NCBI GenBank assembly: GCA_950097015.1
Contig: CATNEN010000039.1
Span: 8,866,001 to 8,930,000 of the forward strand
Source: Macrostomum hystrix
Lineage: Eukaryota; Animalia; Platyhelminthes
Length of the DNA: 64,000 bases
Reading direction: 5' to 3'
Under the pieces are notes generated by a model. That model made no database searches. It was given only the letters and a program-made list of their open reading frames with translations, and was not told where the DNA came from. Positions 11,442 to 23,150 of this stretch are shown here, one piece after another. The position numbers were made by a program, and so were the translations under genes. The first letter of the stretch is position 1, and each line of letters starts with the position of its first letter.

Positions 11442-14400
11442 ATGTTAAAGATTACTGTAGTACTTGTTCTTGTGCTTACATCTCTATCCAAGCTATCAGC
11501 TGAAGAGCAACAACTGGTTAATGAAAGTGAGTTTTTCATCTTTAATCAAACTTCCTTTATACTTAAAATGACACTTAAATTCTATATTTCGCATGTTTTA
11601 AGGATTGAAAAAAAACACCAGAATTTTTTTTAACTTCAATGATACAAAAAGTAGGTTTTGTGACCAGCCTAGTTTATGTAGCATAGTTAGTTAACCTATA
11701 ATAACTATTTATTACAATTTTTATTGCGAAGGCGTTAGATTGCTTTCTTTTCCTTCTTGTGGTCAGAAAGATGAAAAAATTTGCACCACACTGCAATTAT
11801 TCCCTTATTTTAGTTAAACTAAAGTACAATTAGTTTATAAAGTCTTAGACGGTCGAAAATCAGCTAATTTCTGTAATGTGTTAAATCTAGAATTGCATTC
11901 AAAATTTGAAACCATAAATCTATCACAGTTTAACTTCGCTGTATTTCTCTGTAAAATACTAACTATCCCGTCTACCCCTCGCTAAATATTGTAAAAAACT
12001 CTACCTTTAGAAAACTGGGAAAACTTTCTTGACTCGAGTGCAAGCCGCGCTACCGGCGTCGGCATTGATGGCGAGTCATGCAAGATTCGCTCCAGCTGCC
12101 AGTTGCTGAAGCGCATTGTTGTGAGCTGCGATGCAGAGACGGTTGCCGTTGGCTGCGGCGGCTGCGAGGTGGGCTTCCGACTGGCAGAATCTGCTGATCG
12201 CTGCGTGCCTAGTAAGTAATTGTGACAAATGCCATTCTCTCTCTAACAAATACCATTCTTTGTTTAACAAATGCCATTCCCTGTCTAAAAATTCCATTCC
12301 CTGTCGATCAAATGCCATTCTATGTCTATCAAATGCCATTCCCTGTCTAACAAATGCTATTCTCTTTCTATTAAATGCCATTCTCTTTCTATCAAATGCC
12401 ATTCTCTTTCTATCAAATGCCATTCTCTGTCTATCAAATGCCATTCTCTGTCTATCAAATGCCATTCTCTTTCTATCAAATGCTATTCTCTTTCTATCAA
12501 ATGCCATTCTCTTTCTATCAAATGCCATTCTCTGTCTATCAAATGCCATTCTCTGTCTATCAAATGCCATTCTCTGTCTATCGAATGCCATTCTCTTTCC
12601 AACAAATGCTTAGAATTTCCAATCTGCTTAGTGTATTTTTGGGCCAGCCAGTCAGCTCAGCCCATACAGATCCGGGAAATGGGGGTTCGGCAGTTGTTTC
12701 TCCAGTTTCTATAGATTCAGAGCTCAATGAGACAGCCAGCAGTTACTGAAGCCTTCCCAGTTCGACATTATTGAGCTGTGGGGCTTCATGGCTCGCACAA
12801 TGAGCTTAAGCACTTATAGTAGCTCGGTTAGTAACTATCGACTTTGAATAACTTGCATTCCATATTGAGCAAAGATCTCAAAATATCCCGGGCATAGCTT
12901 TTAGCACCAGCGTTTATTGATTAGAGTTATCACAATAGATCCGTATAAGACTTGCACAGCAAATTCAGTCACAAACTTCTGCTGGTGAACATGAGAGCTG
13001 AGAATTTCGTAACATGTTAGCCAGGGTTTGGCACCTGTTCTAAAAATCTAAAATGTTTGAAGGGCGTTGCACCTGCTCTAAAGGATCTAACATGTTAGAC
13101 AGAGTGTGACACCTGTTCTAAAGGATCTGACATGTTAGACAGAGTGTGACACCTGTTCTAAAGGATCTGACATGTTAGACAGAGTGTGACACCTGTTCTA
13201 AAGGATCTAACATGTTAGACAGAGTGTGACACCTGTTCTAAAGGATCTAACATGTTAGACAGAGTGTGACACCTGTTCTAAAGGATCTGACATGTTAGAC
13301 AGAGTGTGACACCTGTTCTAAAGGATCTGACATGTTAGACAGAGTGTGACACCTGTTCTAAAGGATCTGACATGTTAGACAGAGTGTGACACCTGTTCTA
13401 AAGGATCTGACATGTTAGACAGAGTGTGACACCTGTTCTAAAGGATCTAACATGTTAGACAGAGTGTGACACCTGTTCTAAAGGATCTAACATGTTAGAC
13501 AGAGTGTGACACCTGTTCTAAAGGATCTGACATGTTAGACAGAGTGTGACACCTGTTCTAAAGGATATAACATGTTAGACAGAGTGTGACACCTGTTCTA
13601 AAGGATCTGACATGTTAGACAGAGTGTGACACCTGTTCTAAAGGATCTAACATGTTAGACAGAGTGTGACACCTGTTCTAAAGGATCTGACATGTTAGAC
13701 AGAGTGTGACACCTGTTCTAAAGGATCTGACATGTTAGACAGAGTGTGACACCTGTTCTAAAGGATCTAACATGCTATACAGGGTGTGTGACACCTGTTC
13801 TAAAGGATCTAACATGATATGCATGATGTGACGCCTGTTCTAAAGGATCTAACATGCTATACAGGATGTGTGACACCTGTTCTAAAGGATCTAACATGCT
13901 ATACAGGATGTGTGACACCTGTTCTAAAGGATCTAACATGTTATACATGATGTGACGCCTGTTCTAAAGGATCTAACATGTTATACAGGATGTGACACCT
14001 GTTCTAAAGGATCTAACATGTTATAAATGATGTGACGCCTGTTCTAAAGGATCTAACATGTTATACAGGATGTGACACCTGTTCTAAAGGATCTAACATG
14101 TTATACAGGATGTGACACCTGTTCTAAAGGATCTAACATGTTATACAGTGTGCGACACCTGTTTTAAAGGATCTAACATGTTATACATTGTGCGACACCT
14201 GTTCTAAAGGATCTAACATGCTATACAGGATGTGTGACACCTGTTCTAAAGGATCTAACATGCTATACAGGATGTGTGACACCTGTTCTAAAGGATCTAA
14301 CATGTTATACATGATGTGACGCCTGTTCTAAAGGATCTAACATGTTATACAGGATGTGACACCTGTTCTAAAGGATCTAACATGTTATACATGATGTGAC

Positions 14401-17283
14401 GCCTGTTCTAAAGGATCTAACATGTTATAAATGATGTGACGCCTGTTCTAAAGGATCTAACATGTTATACAGGATGTGACGCCTGTTCTAAAGGATCTAA
14501 CATGTTATACATGATGTGACACCTGTTCTAAAGGATCTAACATGTTATACATGATGTGACGCCTGTTCTAAAGGATCTAACATGTTATACAGTGTGTGAC
14601 ACCTGTTTTAGAGAATCTAACATGTTATACAGTGTGTGACACCTGTTCTAAAGGATCTAACATGTTTTACAGGGTGTGTGACACCTGTTCTAAAGGATCT
14701 GACATGTTAGACAGGGTGTGTGACACCTGTTCTAAAGGATCTAACATGTTATACAGGGTGTGTGACACCTGTTCTAAAGGATCTAACATGTTATACAGGG
14801 TGTGACACCTGTTCTAAAGGATCTAACATGTTATACAGGGTGTGACACCTGTTCTAAAGGATCTAACATGTTATACAGGGTGTGTGACACCTGTTCTAAA
14901 GGATCTAACATGTTATACAGGGTGTGTGACACCTGTTCTAAAGGATCTAACATGTTAGACACCGACTGAAACCTGTTGAGAGAGATCTAAAATGTTAGAT
15001 ATGGTGACACCTTTGTATTAGGCATCTTACACGTTAAATGGAGAGAGTAGATTTTTTAAGGCTTTCGACATTTAGGAAAACAAATTTTCTGCGTAGCAAA
15101 TTTATGAATAAAAATGAAGTTTTGTTCAGGGCAACAAGCGACATTGTGACAGAATTCCTCAGCTAACAGAATTCCTAATTTCTGAAGAGCAACAGTTACA
15201 TGCTGTTTGATAAAAGATAAGAAAATGTTTGCAGCGAGCGTGTGCTATCCCGCCGCCCTCACGTTTGTTTGCCTACGCCACCCACCTCACCGCAAGGGCC
15301 TCTTGCGATCTCTCAAGATACGAACCGAACCGACATGGCCGGTTCTCACAGACTCGACTGCTTTGTTTAAGTCTGTCGGCTTAAATAAACAAAAAATCGA
15401 AGTCAAATTGTTCAATAACAAAATTACTGAACGATTCTACTCTGAGTAGTAAATTATTGTATATTTAGCGATGAAAATAAAATGTTTAAACATGCACTTT
15501 TAGCATCCTCAGACAGTCTCGGCGCGGCACTGGAAGCCGAGAAGCTAATCGACAGTCTAGCAGTTTCCTCTTCAATGGAGGAGAAGCAGCACTCGCATAA
15601 AGGTGAGGCTTTTTGTCATATCAACTCCAAATCTTCAAACTGTACAGGGTGTGACAACCCCCTCAGCTTATATCGCTTGGACCATCGACCCCTAACGCGT
15701 ATAAACCCCTCAACACGTTCATCCTCAACCCTTAAGTCCTCAACCCCCTCACCCCTCACCCCTCAACATCTCAACCCCTCAACCCCTCAACCTCAACCCC
15801 TTCAACCTCAACCCCTCAACCTTAACCCCTCACACCTCAACCCCTCAACCTCAACCCTTCAACCTCAACCCTTCAACCTCAACCCCTCACACCTCAGCCC
15901 TCACACCTTAAAACCGCAAACTCCTCAACCCCTTAACTCCTGAACCCATCATCCTGTTTACAACTACAGCGCCTCAATCCCAGTCAAATCATGACTTAAT
16001 TAACCCTTCATTTTCCTAAAGCTGATCTGCAGCTCAAGGCCAGCAAGGACGCACCCAGCGACGCCTCGTCGCTGTCGTCAGCAAGCTCCTCTAGCACCTC
16101 CGCCGGTGGTAGAAACGACAGCTCGCTGCTGCCGCCACCGTTGCCGCCGCCTCATTCGCCGCCGATTCGTCGTGTACCGCCGGATAATGGAGACTTTGCA
16201 TTTTATGGTTAGTCAGTGTCATTAACCATAAGAAGCTGTCAGGTTATTGGTAAACGATTTCCTATTCCTTCTTTTAGTGATCATTGGGACAACCTGCGGT
16301 TTGGGAATCCTACTAATTGTTATATGCGCCATCTGCTGGTACAAGTGAGTTTCTGAACACTTGTGCTAACTTTTGGAGGCCGTTATAATACCTGGGCTGA
16401 CCCAGCTCGCTACTTCTCTACTAGGTACAATGTCGCCATCAGGAAAACGGCCGAGAAGGATTATCTAAATGCGGACTATACTTTACACAGCAGCGGCAGT
16501 TCCGGCGACGGAAAGCTGGCTATGAGCGCCCACATGTACCATTATCAGCATCAGAAACAGCAGATGCTGGCACTGGATAGGTTGGTGGATTGAGATTTAA
16601 GTTTTTCTTATCCAAACTCGTATTATCCATTTGTTCACAATATTTTATTTGGGAACATTACCATAGATCCAACAGCGACCTTCAACGGGACATGTCGGAC
16701 GATGACTCGGATTTGGAAAATGACGAAGCAGATTTCACTGTGTACGAATGTCCCGGATTGGCCACTGTAAGTGATAATAAATCTGACTGGACATGGGGTG
16801 GGTGCTGGTAAGGGCGGAGTGGAGATGGGGTGGGTGCTGGTAAGGGCGGAGTGGAGATGGGGTGGGTGCTGGTTAGGGCGGAGTGGAGATGGGGGGAATG
16901 CGGGTGAAGGCGGTGCGGAGATGGGCTAGGTGCTGGTGAAGGCTGAGTGGAGATGGGGTGGGTGCTGGTCAGCTGGAGTGGAGATGGGGTGGGTGCTGTT
17001 GAGGGCAGAGTGGAAATGGGGTTGGTGAAGGCGAGGTGTGGAACTATGGGGTGGTTTTTGTGTAAAGGAAATGTGAAAGATCCATTTAAATTTGTTAAAA
17101 ATATTCTTACAATTCAAATCTGCCTCGTTTCCTCAACAGACGAAGGAGATGGAGGTGCGAAATCCGCTATTCAAGGAGGACATTGCCGAGTCGCCAGCAA
17201 CCACTAATCTATCGGCCGGTGCTCAAGCCGGTGCTCAAGCCGGTGATCAAGCGGCTGAGTCTGCGGCAGAAGGGCAACATTAA
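11442..17283 (+). CDS. NPDC1: NPDC1/CAB-1 family single-pass membrane protein, 8 exons
   Basis: Exons 11442-11526 (signal peptide), 12011-12211 (six-Cys domain), 15504/15513-15602, 16022-16207, 16278-16344 (TM), 16425-16580, 16667-16766, 17140-17283. Signatures GDGKLAMSAHMYHYQHQKQQM and DFTVYECPGLA..EMEVRNPLF. Confidence 0.92.
12227..12605. repeat. 21-bp minisatellite (AAATGCCATTCTCTTTCTATC), NPDC1 intron 2
   Basis: Directly visible tandem array. Confidence 0.95.
13070..14960. repeat. 40-42-bp minisatellite (ACACCTGTTCTAAAGGATCTAACATGTTAGACAGAGTGTG)
   Basis: About 46 tandem units. The 5' half is homogeneous and the 3' half carries variants. Confidence 0.97.
15700..15945. repeat. C-rich (CCTCAA/CCCCTCAA) microsatellite
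   Basis: Degenerate tandem hexa- to octamers in an NPDC1 intron. Confidence 0.85.
16790..17050. repeat. 32-bp G-rich minisatellite
   Basis: GGAGATGGGGTGGGTGCTGGTAAGGGCGGAGT units in the last NPDC1 intron. Confidence 0.85.
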
Positions 17284-17837
17284 AACCAAGGCCTGCTTTT
17301 TCACGCCTTCCTACATGGGCTAAAACGGCTAACCCAGCTCACCATGTTCTGCATGTTTTTTTGAGTAATGTACTTTTATTCATTGGCTTATGTTGCGTCA
17401 TTACCCAATGTGTCTATACTTAAGTCCTTGTGAGAAAGCCAAGGTCACACACACGGCCATCCAGAGTACACTTACATAATAGAAGCTTTTCACGGTCTCA
17501 ACTCCCTGGTGCTTGTACCGAACCAATATTTTACTGTACTAACTATTTATTCAATTGAACCTTAAATTGACCTTTAATGTAACTTCCAGTAAACATACTC
17601 TACACTAGCTTAGTCTAAACAGTAACGAGTATAATGATTGACTTTCCTCTTGAATGAAAGCTATTTTTTCATTAAGTGTGCTACAATAAATATAAATTCT
17701 AATGATAACAGTGTATTAACTGACATTGCCAAAATGCTATTGTGCCATATTTATATCATCAAAATGAGTATGAGATCCATGAGAACTGCCACCGTTCGTT
17801 CTTTACTTAAAAATGTTTTTTAGATATCTAAATTCTT

Positions 17838-18314
17838 TCACACCCTATTACAGTCCTGCACACCCTTTTACACTCCTGCACACCCTATTACACTCCTGCA
17901 CACCCTATTACACTCCTGCACACCCTATTACACTCCTGCACACCCTATTACAGTCCTGCACACACTATTACACTCCTGCACACCCTTTTACAGTCCTGCA
18001 CACCCTATTACAGTCCTGCACACGCTATTACACTCCTGCACACCCTTTTACAGTCCTGCACACCCTATTACAGTCCTGCACACGCTATTACACTCCTGCA
18101 CACCCTATTACAGTCCTGCACACGCTATTACACTCCTGCACACCCTATTACACTCCTGCACACCCTTTTACAGTCGTGCACACCCTTTTACACTCCTGCA
18201 CACCCTATTACAGTCCTGCACACCCTATTACAGTCCTGCACACGCTATTACACTCCTGCACACCCTATTACAGTCCTGCACACGCTATTACACTCCTGCA
18301 CACCCTATTACAGT
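17838..18314. repeat. 20-bp minisatellite (CACCCTATTACACTCCTGCA); second block at 18555-18670
   Basis: Directly visible. Confidence 0.95.
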
Positions 18315-19173
18315 CTGTGAGAGATACAATTCAGACTACTGACAACAGTAGAAAAGCAAAGACTTGGCTGCAAAACTCTCACATAACACAAAAAAATATC
18401 GCCATAAAAATGGCTAGCTTAAAAGAGACTTCTGTGCACACTGAGAGTGGTGGGAGAGGACGGCGTGTGGCTATGGCTGACTGACGAAGGCAAACAAGCC
18501 AGAAACCGGTCTCGGTCTGCCAGCGCGAGGTTCGTTCCCCACTTTTAGTGTGTTACACAGTCCTGCACACCCTATTACAGTCCTGCACATCCTATTACAG
18601 TCCTGCACATCCTATTACAGTCCTGCACATCTTATTACACTCTTGCACATCCTATTACACTCTTGTACAGCTGAAAACTAACCACTTGAGCACAATCCTG
18701 CCCACATCCAGCACAATCCTGCACACCTGCATACATGCACACCTGCACACCTGGACACCTGCACAGCATGCACCCAAGCATCTGAAGCGCTCGGAAGCAC
18801 AAGGCCCGATCACGCTCGAGTCAAGTCAAGTCAAGTCAAGCAGAAGTTGTATGTAGCATCGTTAGAAGTTATAGATTTTTTGTACGAAAAGTAGCCAAAA
18901 TGTTCCACGGTAGTGGACCTTCTCAAATAGGGTCCGAAAAACAGTTCTGCATTGAATTTGCACAAGTTGCAGTAAATGCAGTAGCGCGAGTTAACGTGGT
19001 GGCTGTTGTTTTTTAACAGAAAAAAAATTTGTTTTAACTTGCGGTTAATAAGGAGACGCGGATGAGTTTGCCAGTCCGGCTTCTCGTATTAATGAAAAGC
19101 ACGCTAGAATTACAATTATCTTAGCATAAAAAGGAGTTATTCCACCTATTAGCGTCCCATTGTACTCCAGTCC

Positions 19174-19464
19174 TTATTCGTCCCTTCGCGGTCTTTGATT
19201 CTGTTCGAGTGTTGGACTGCCGACGGCGGAGCCACTGATGGCCTGCTTCTTAGCAATGCTGGCCTCGCTGCCATGGCTTTTGCCGCTGCATTTCGCTACG
19301 GCGGAGGCGGCCAGCGCTGTCGATGCCGACTTGATGTTGGTCGTCTGCGCGGCGTCTACCGCGTCGCCTTCGCAGAGGTTGCTGAAGCGTCTGTAATACT
19401 TCTCCCAGATTGAGTGCAGTTGGTGCTGTTGTTTCTCCTGGTTTTGGAACTGCTGCTGCTGCTT

Positions 19465-19495
<31 letters not shown>

Positions 19496-19507
19496 TGCTT
19501 CTGCTCC

Positions 19508-19540
<33 letters not shown>

Positions 19541-22404
19541 TGCTTCTGTTCCTGCTGCTTCTGCTGCTTCTGCTGCTGCTGCTGCTGCTGCTGATTTACT
19601 GTCAGTTCGGCCTCATCATGACATTGGTTGAGTTCTGTCTGTGAGGTCGGAAATCGCGATGCTTCAATAAATTTTCAACAAGTCTTTCAAAAGAAAACTT
19701 TCTAGTTTTTAGCCCAGTAAATTGAGCTTCGGGTTTTATCCAGCCGTGAAATGGGCACCAGCATCAGCTGGATGGGATACAAATTTTGGTAGGTGTAGGG
19801 GCCTCCCAAGTCCACGGACTGAACATTTGAACGCAGCCTTTGGAAGCGCTGCGCAATAGCTGATAGTAATATTATAGTAATTATAGTAATTATAGTATAG
19901 TAATTATATAATTATAGTTATTATAGTAATAATAATAATTGCATGGGCGCTGCGGGCAATGGCACACCATTTGGATACAGTAGGACCGCAGCCTTGGAAT
20001 TGCAAGATGGCAATTCCAACCATTTTGCTGGCACTTAAGCACAATAATAAGAAAAATAATAGTAGTACGCAACCCGCCGGCCACACCGTGGCCCGAAAAA
20101 GGGAGGAAGCGTCAAAACGCACGCTTAAGGGCTAGTTCGCGGACATGCTTCACTCCGTCAGCCTGGCTCGGCGCGCGCGCGTTGGAGAAGAGCAGGTCTA
20201 TGTAGCAGACCGATCGTCCCTGTCCGCGCCTGCGCGGTCCCCGCGGAGTCCACAGAAGCACATCCTGCAGCGGCTCAGGGCAGTAGGCTTCAGCCCTGAT
20301 CACGTGCCCAGCCAGCCGCGGGCGCCGCTGTCTCAGCAGGTCGGAATGCTGCGTCAGTCGCGCTCACTTGCACAGTGAGTCGGTCGTCTCGCTTCCTGGG
20401 CCGCGGCGGGCGCCAAACGCAGCGCGAAGCAGGGCCGCATGTATCGCGTTGAGCTGCCCCTCGAGCACCTCCGTCAGAGTCCAGGTCTCCGCATTATAGA
20501 GAAGCACGGTTTCAACGACTGCCTGGACAAACGCAAACTGATACCGTACGCAGGCTCACGCTCACACAGGCGTGTACAACTGCACTGACTTTCTAATCGT
20601 CAGGAAATGTACACTCTCACTGTGCCTTAGAGTCTGGCCCTCGAACGCGTAAATTGTACAACAAACCCCCCTAGCCTTCTCTCCGCAGCCGCGCCCCAAA
20701 CGAATGTGGCCCCACAGAGGAATCAAGCTCAAGGACCTTGGTGCGAAAGGCCAACGCTTTAGACCACTCTGCCACTCACCCCCGTTACATCTGGCCCAAC
20801 TGGGCTAGTTGACGATTCGATTCTTTATTCTAACAAAGCTCACGCAAGCTCTCAAACAGTTATAAAGCCAATGACTCACGGAAAGTTCATCCCTGGCGAC
20901 AATCTTAGAAATGTGTATCGGGTACTTGGCGATGCGCTTCAGCTCATTAAGGTGACGCCGATTCAGCTGCAGCATCTTGGCCCGCATGAGCTGCTGCACA
21001 TGGCGCTGCTTGGACTGGATATAATCCGGCAGCGACTTCTTCTGCTTGCGAACCTCTGTGAGCTTCTGCTTCAGCCGCGGCCAGAGATCATCCGGAGTAG
21101 TCGTCGAGGTGAAGTCGAATAGCGCCAGCTCAACGTTATTATCGGTTGCGGACTTCTTCGAGTAGGTGACAAGGCAGCTGCTGCTGAGCGAGAGGATGTC
21201 ACCGTGGCGCAGCTTCAGGAACTGGAATATGTTGCCCTCGAAGTGGTTCACCAGTCCAAGAACTACGCTGCGTTGGTCCCGACTGCAGCAGCGGATCACC
21301 AGCAGCTCGTCACCGATGGTCTGCACCGACTTAAAGCGGTCGTAGCTCTCGAAGCTCACTTTGCCCTCGTTGACGCGATCCACGGACCAGTATTCTTCGT
21401 TGATGTAGTAGCGCAGCAGCGTGTGATCCGACAGCTGACCCACAGCCACAAAGTTGTTCTGCTCAGTTGAGTAAATAAGGGTTCTATAGAGTGAGAGATT
21501 CCCAGCTTCGTACATAAAAGAGGCCTTATATTACCTGGAACAGGCTGATGAAGTCAATCGAGTCACTGGTTATATCGCACTCGCAGCAAATCAGCAGCTT
21601 TAGATTGCTTGTGTCGTACACGATGAAGTTTTTATCCTGGTACAGCACCAGGCGTTTGTTGTTACTGGAGATGGCGAAATGCTGCGGTCCGCTCCCGATG
21701 TTCATCACCAGGTGGTTGACGAAGCTTCTCAGGCTAAGGCTGAAGATGCTGAAGCAGATCGGGACGCTGGACGCCCTCACCAGGAGCACTCGGTCAGCGC
21801 TGATCCACTCCAGCCGGTCGAACATAATCTTGGGACTGGTTTCGTCGAATAGATCGTAAATGAGCGGGTTGTCCTTCGGGTTGATCCACAGCACCAGGTA
21901 GCTGGCGGCGCAGTGGTCGGCCCACAGGCTGGCGATGGAGCCCTCCCTGCACTTCAGCTCCACGAATTTGTACTCGAACACGTTGTTAACACTCTCCATG
22001 TGAATGTTTTCGATGTTGAGCAGTTGGACAAGGCTCTCGCTGATAAGCATCAGCATGTTGGATTCGTTCTGGCGAGAAAAAATGGATTTACACAAAACAA
22101 ACAGGATTCAACAATATCCTGGGCTTTATTTATGCAATATACAACAGACGAAAAACGCAGGTGCTGTGCTCACCTCTGAGATGGGCAAGACAGACACGTT
22201 TATGCCGCAGATGCCAGTGCCAATCTGCGACTCCAACAGCATGGTGCGCCTGTTGAAGATGAACAAGTTCTCGAAGCAGTTATCCAGCACAACTAAAAAG
22301 TCTTTCAAAATGCACGTCTGCGACGGAGTGAAGGCTAGCTCCGCCGTTTTCGGCACCACACCGTAGTGCCAGTTGAACATGACGCTGTCAAACTGAGACG
22401 ACAT
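19174..22404 (-). CDS. Uncharacterised ~600-aa protein: beta-strand-rich (propeller-like) body, basic helical segment, poly-Q tail
   Basis: Exons 22404-22174, 22068-21535, 21458-20880, 19638-19174. All introns are phase-0 GT-AG and the frame is open to TAA at 19174. FAISSNNKRLVL..FIVYD resembles a WD/propeller blade. Confidence 0.7.
19863..20528 (-). mobile_element. 5'-truncated RTE-clade LINE fragment
   Basis: Minus strand encodes QAVVETVLLYNAETWTLT...HVIR...LLWTPRGPRRRGQGR, typical of the RTE ORF C-terminus. It is followed by a 3' UTR and an (ATT/ACT)n tail. Confidence 0.85.
20517..20783 (-). mobile_element. SINE family B head and body, fused to the RTE fragment
   Basis: tRNA-like head ggggtgagtggcagagtggtctaaagcg...gagcttgattcc; body colinear with the 49200-49600 copy. 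Confidence 0.75.
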
Positions 22405-22959
22405 CCTGCTGAGTCAAATCGTGTCTTCTCTTGAGTCAAATTTCAGACGCACTCTTAGAGCTGGCTCAACGCTTCTGCGTTTCCGGCTGTATTGACCTGC
22501 CGAATTAAGATCAATATTTTGCTTCTAAGATTGGCCATAGACAACTGGAAAGCTTTCTGAGAACTAAGTGAAGGCGATGTCGGCTGCAACATTCTTATTT
22601 GAGCCAGCGTGCGGGAATGAAGGCAGTCGTGCAGGAATGAAATAATCTATGGCCAAATCTCCCCTGTTTTACACATGGGCATCGTGCAGGAATGACACTC
22701 TCCGTTCCTGCACGTAAACAATTTATTTATATGTATTTGATTTATTTTTAACCCCCTCTCTCTTTCCTCCCTCCACACTTTATTCTTAATATGGATTTTG
22801 TATATGGTTAGAATGGCTCTAATAAGAATGAAATTCATGAAATTATACATCACTAAAATATGCTGATCGGCCAAGAAACGAGTCCTCTGCCATTAATTCA
22901 GACCAAAGAAATAAATAAACGGAAATAACTTATACATATATACAGTACCTTTCTAGATA

Positions 22960-23150
22960 GTCTAATTAGACCAGTATAGAGCCAAATGTACAGCCACAGC
23001 CGCAGCTATTGCACGGCGCTTCTGAAGGCTGTGTACAGCTGTTCAGTCCGTGGACAGGGGAGGTCGCCACAACCCCTTGAATATATTCATCAGCTTGTGC
23101 TGCTAACCATTTTTACTGCTTTGGTGAACTGCAAAGAACCTTGCTCAAGG
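22960..23150 (-). mobile_element. SINE family A, degenerate fragment
   Basis: tacagctgttcagtcc.tggac...ggtgaactg matches 4904-5214. Confidence 0.6.

Noticed and set aside
12640-12830. Extra NPDC1 exon
   Set aside because: Phase-compatible acceptors lead to TGA at 12749 with no good donor.
13070-14960. CRISPR-like look (conserved repeat with a variable segment)
   Set aside because: The variable parts are only ~8-10 nt and recurrent, there are no cas genes, and it lies inside a eukaryotic intron.
15700-15945. Interstitial telomere
   Set aside because: The units are CCTCAA-type rather than tandem CCCTAA.
17813-18484. 223-aa His/Pro/Thr ORF
   Set aside because: Translation of a 20-bp minisatellite.
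19410-19644. Plus-strand poly-Leu and poly-Ala ORFs
   Set aside because: Antisense shadows of the poly-Q exon.
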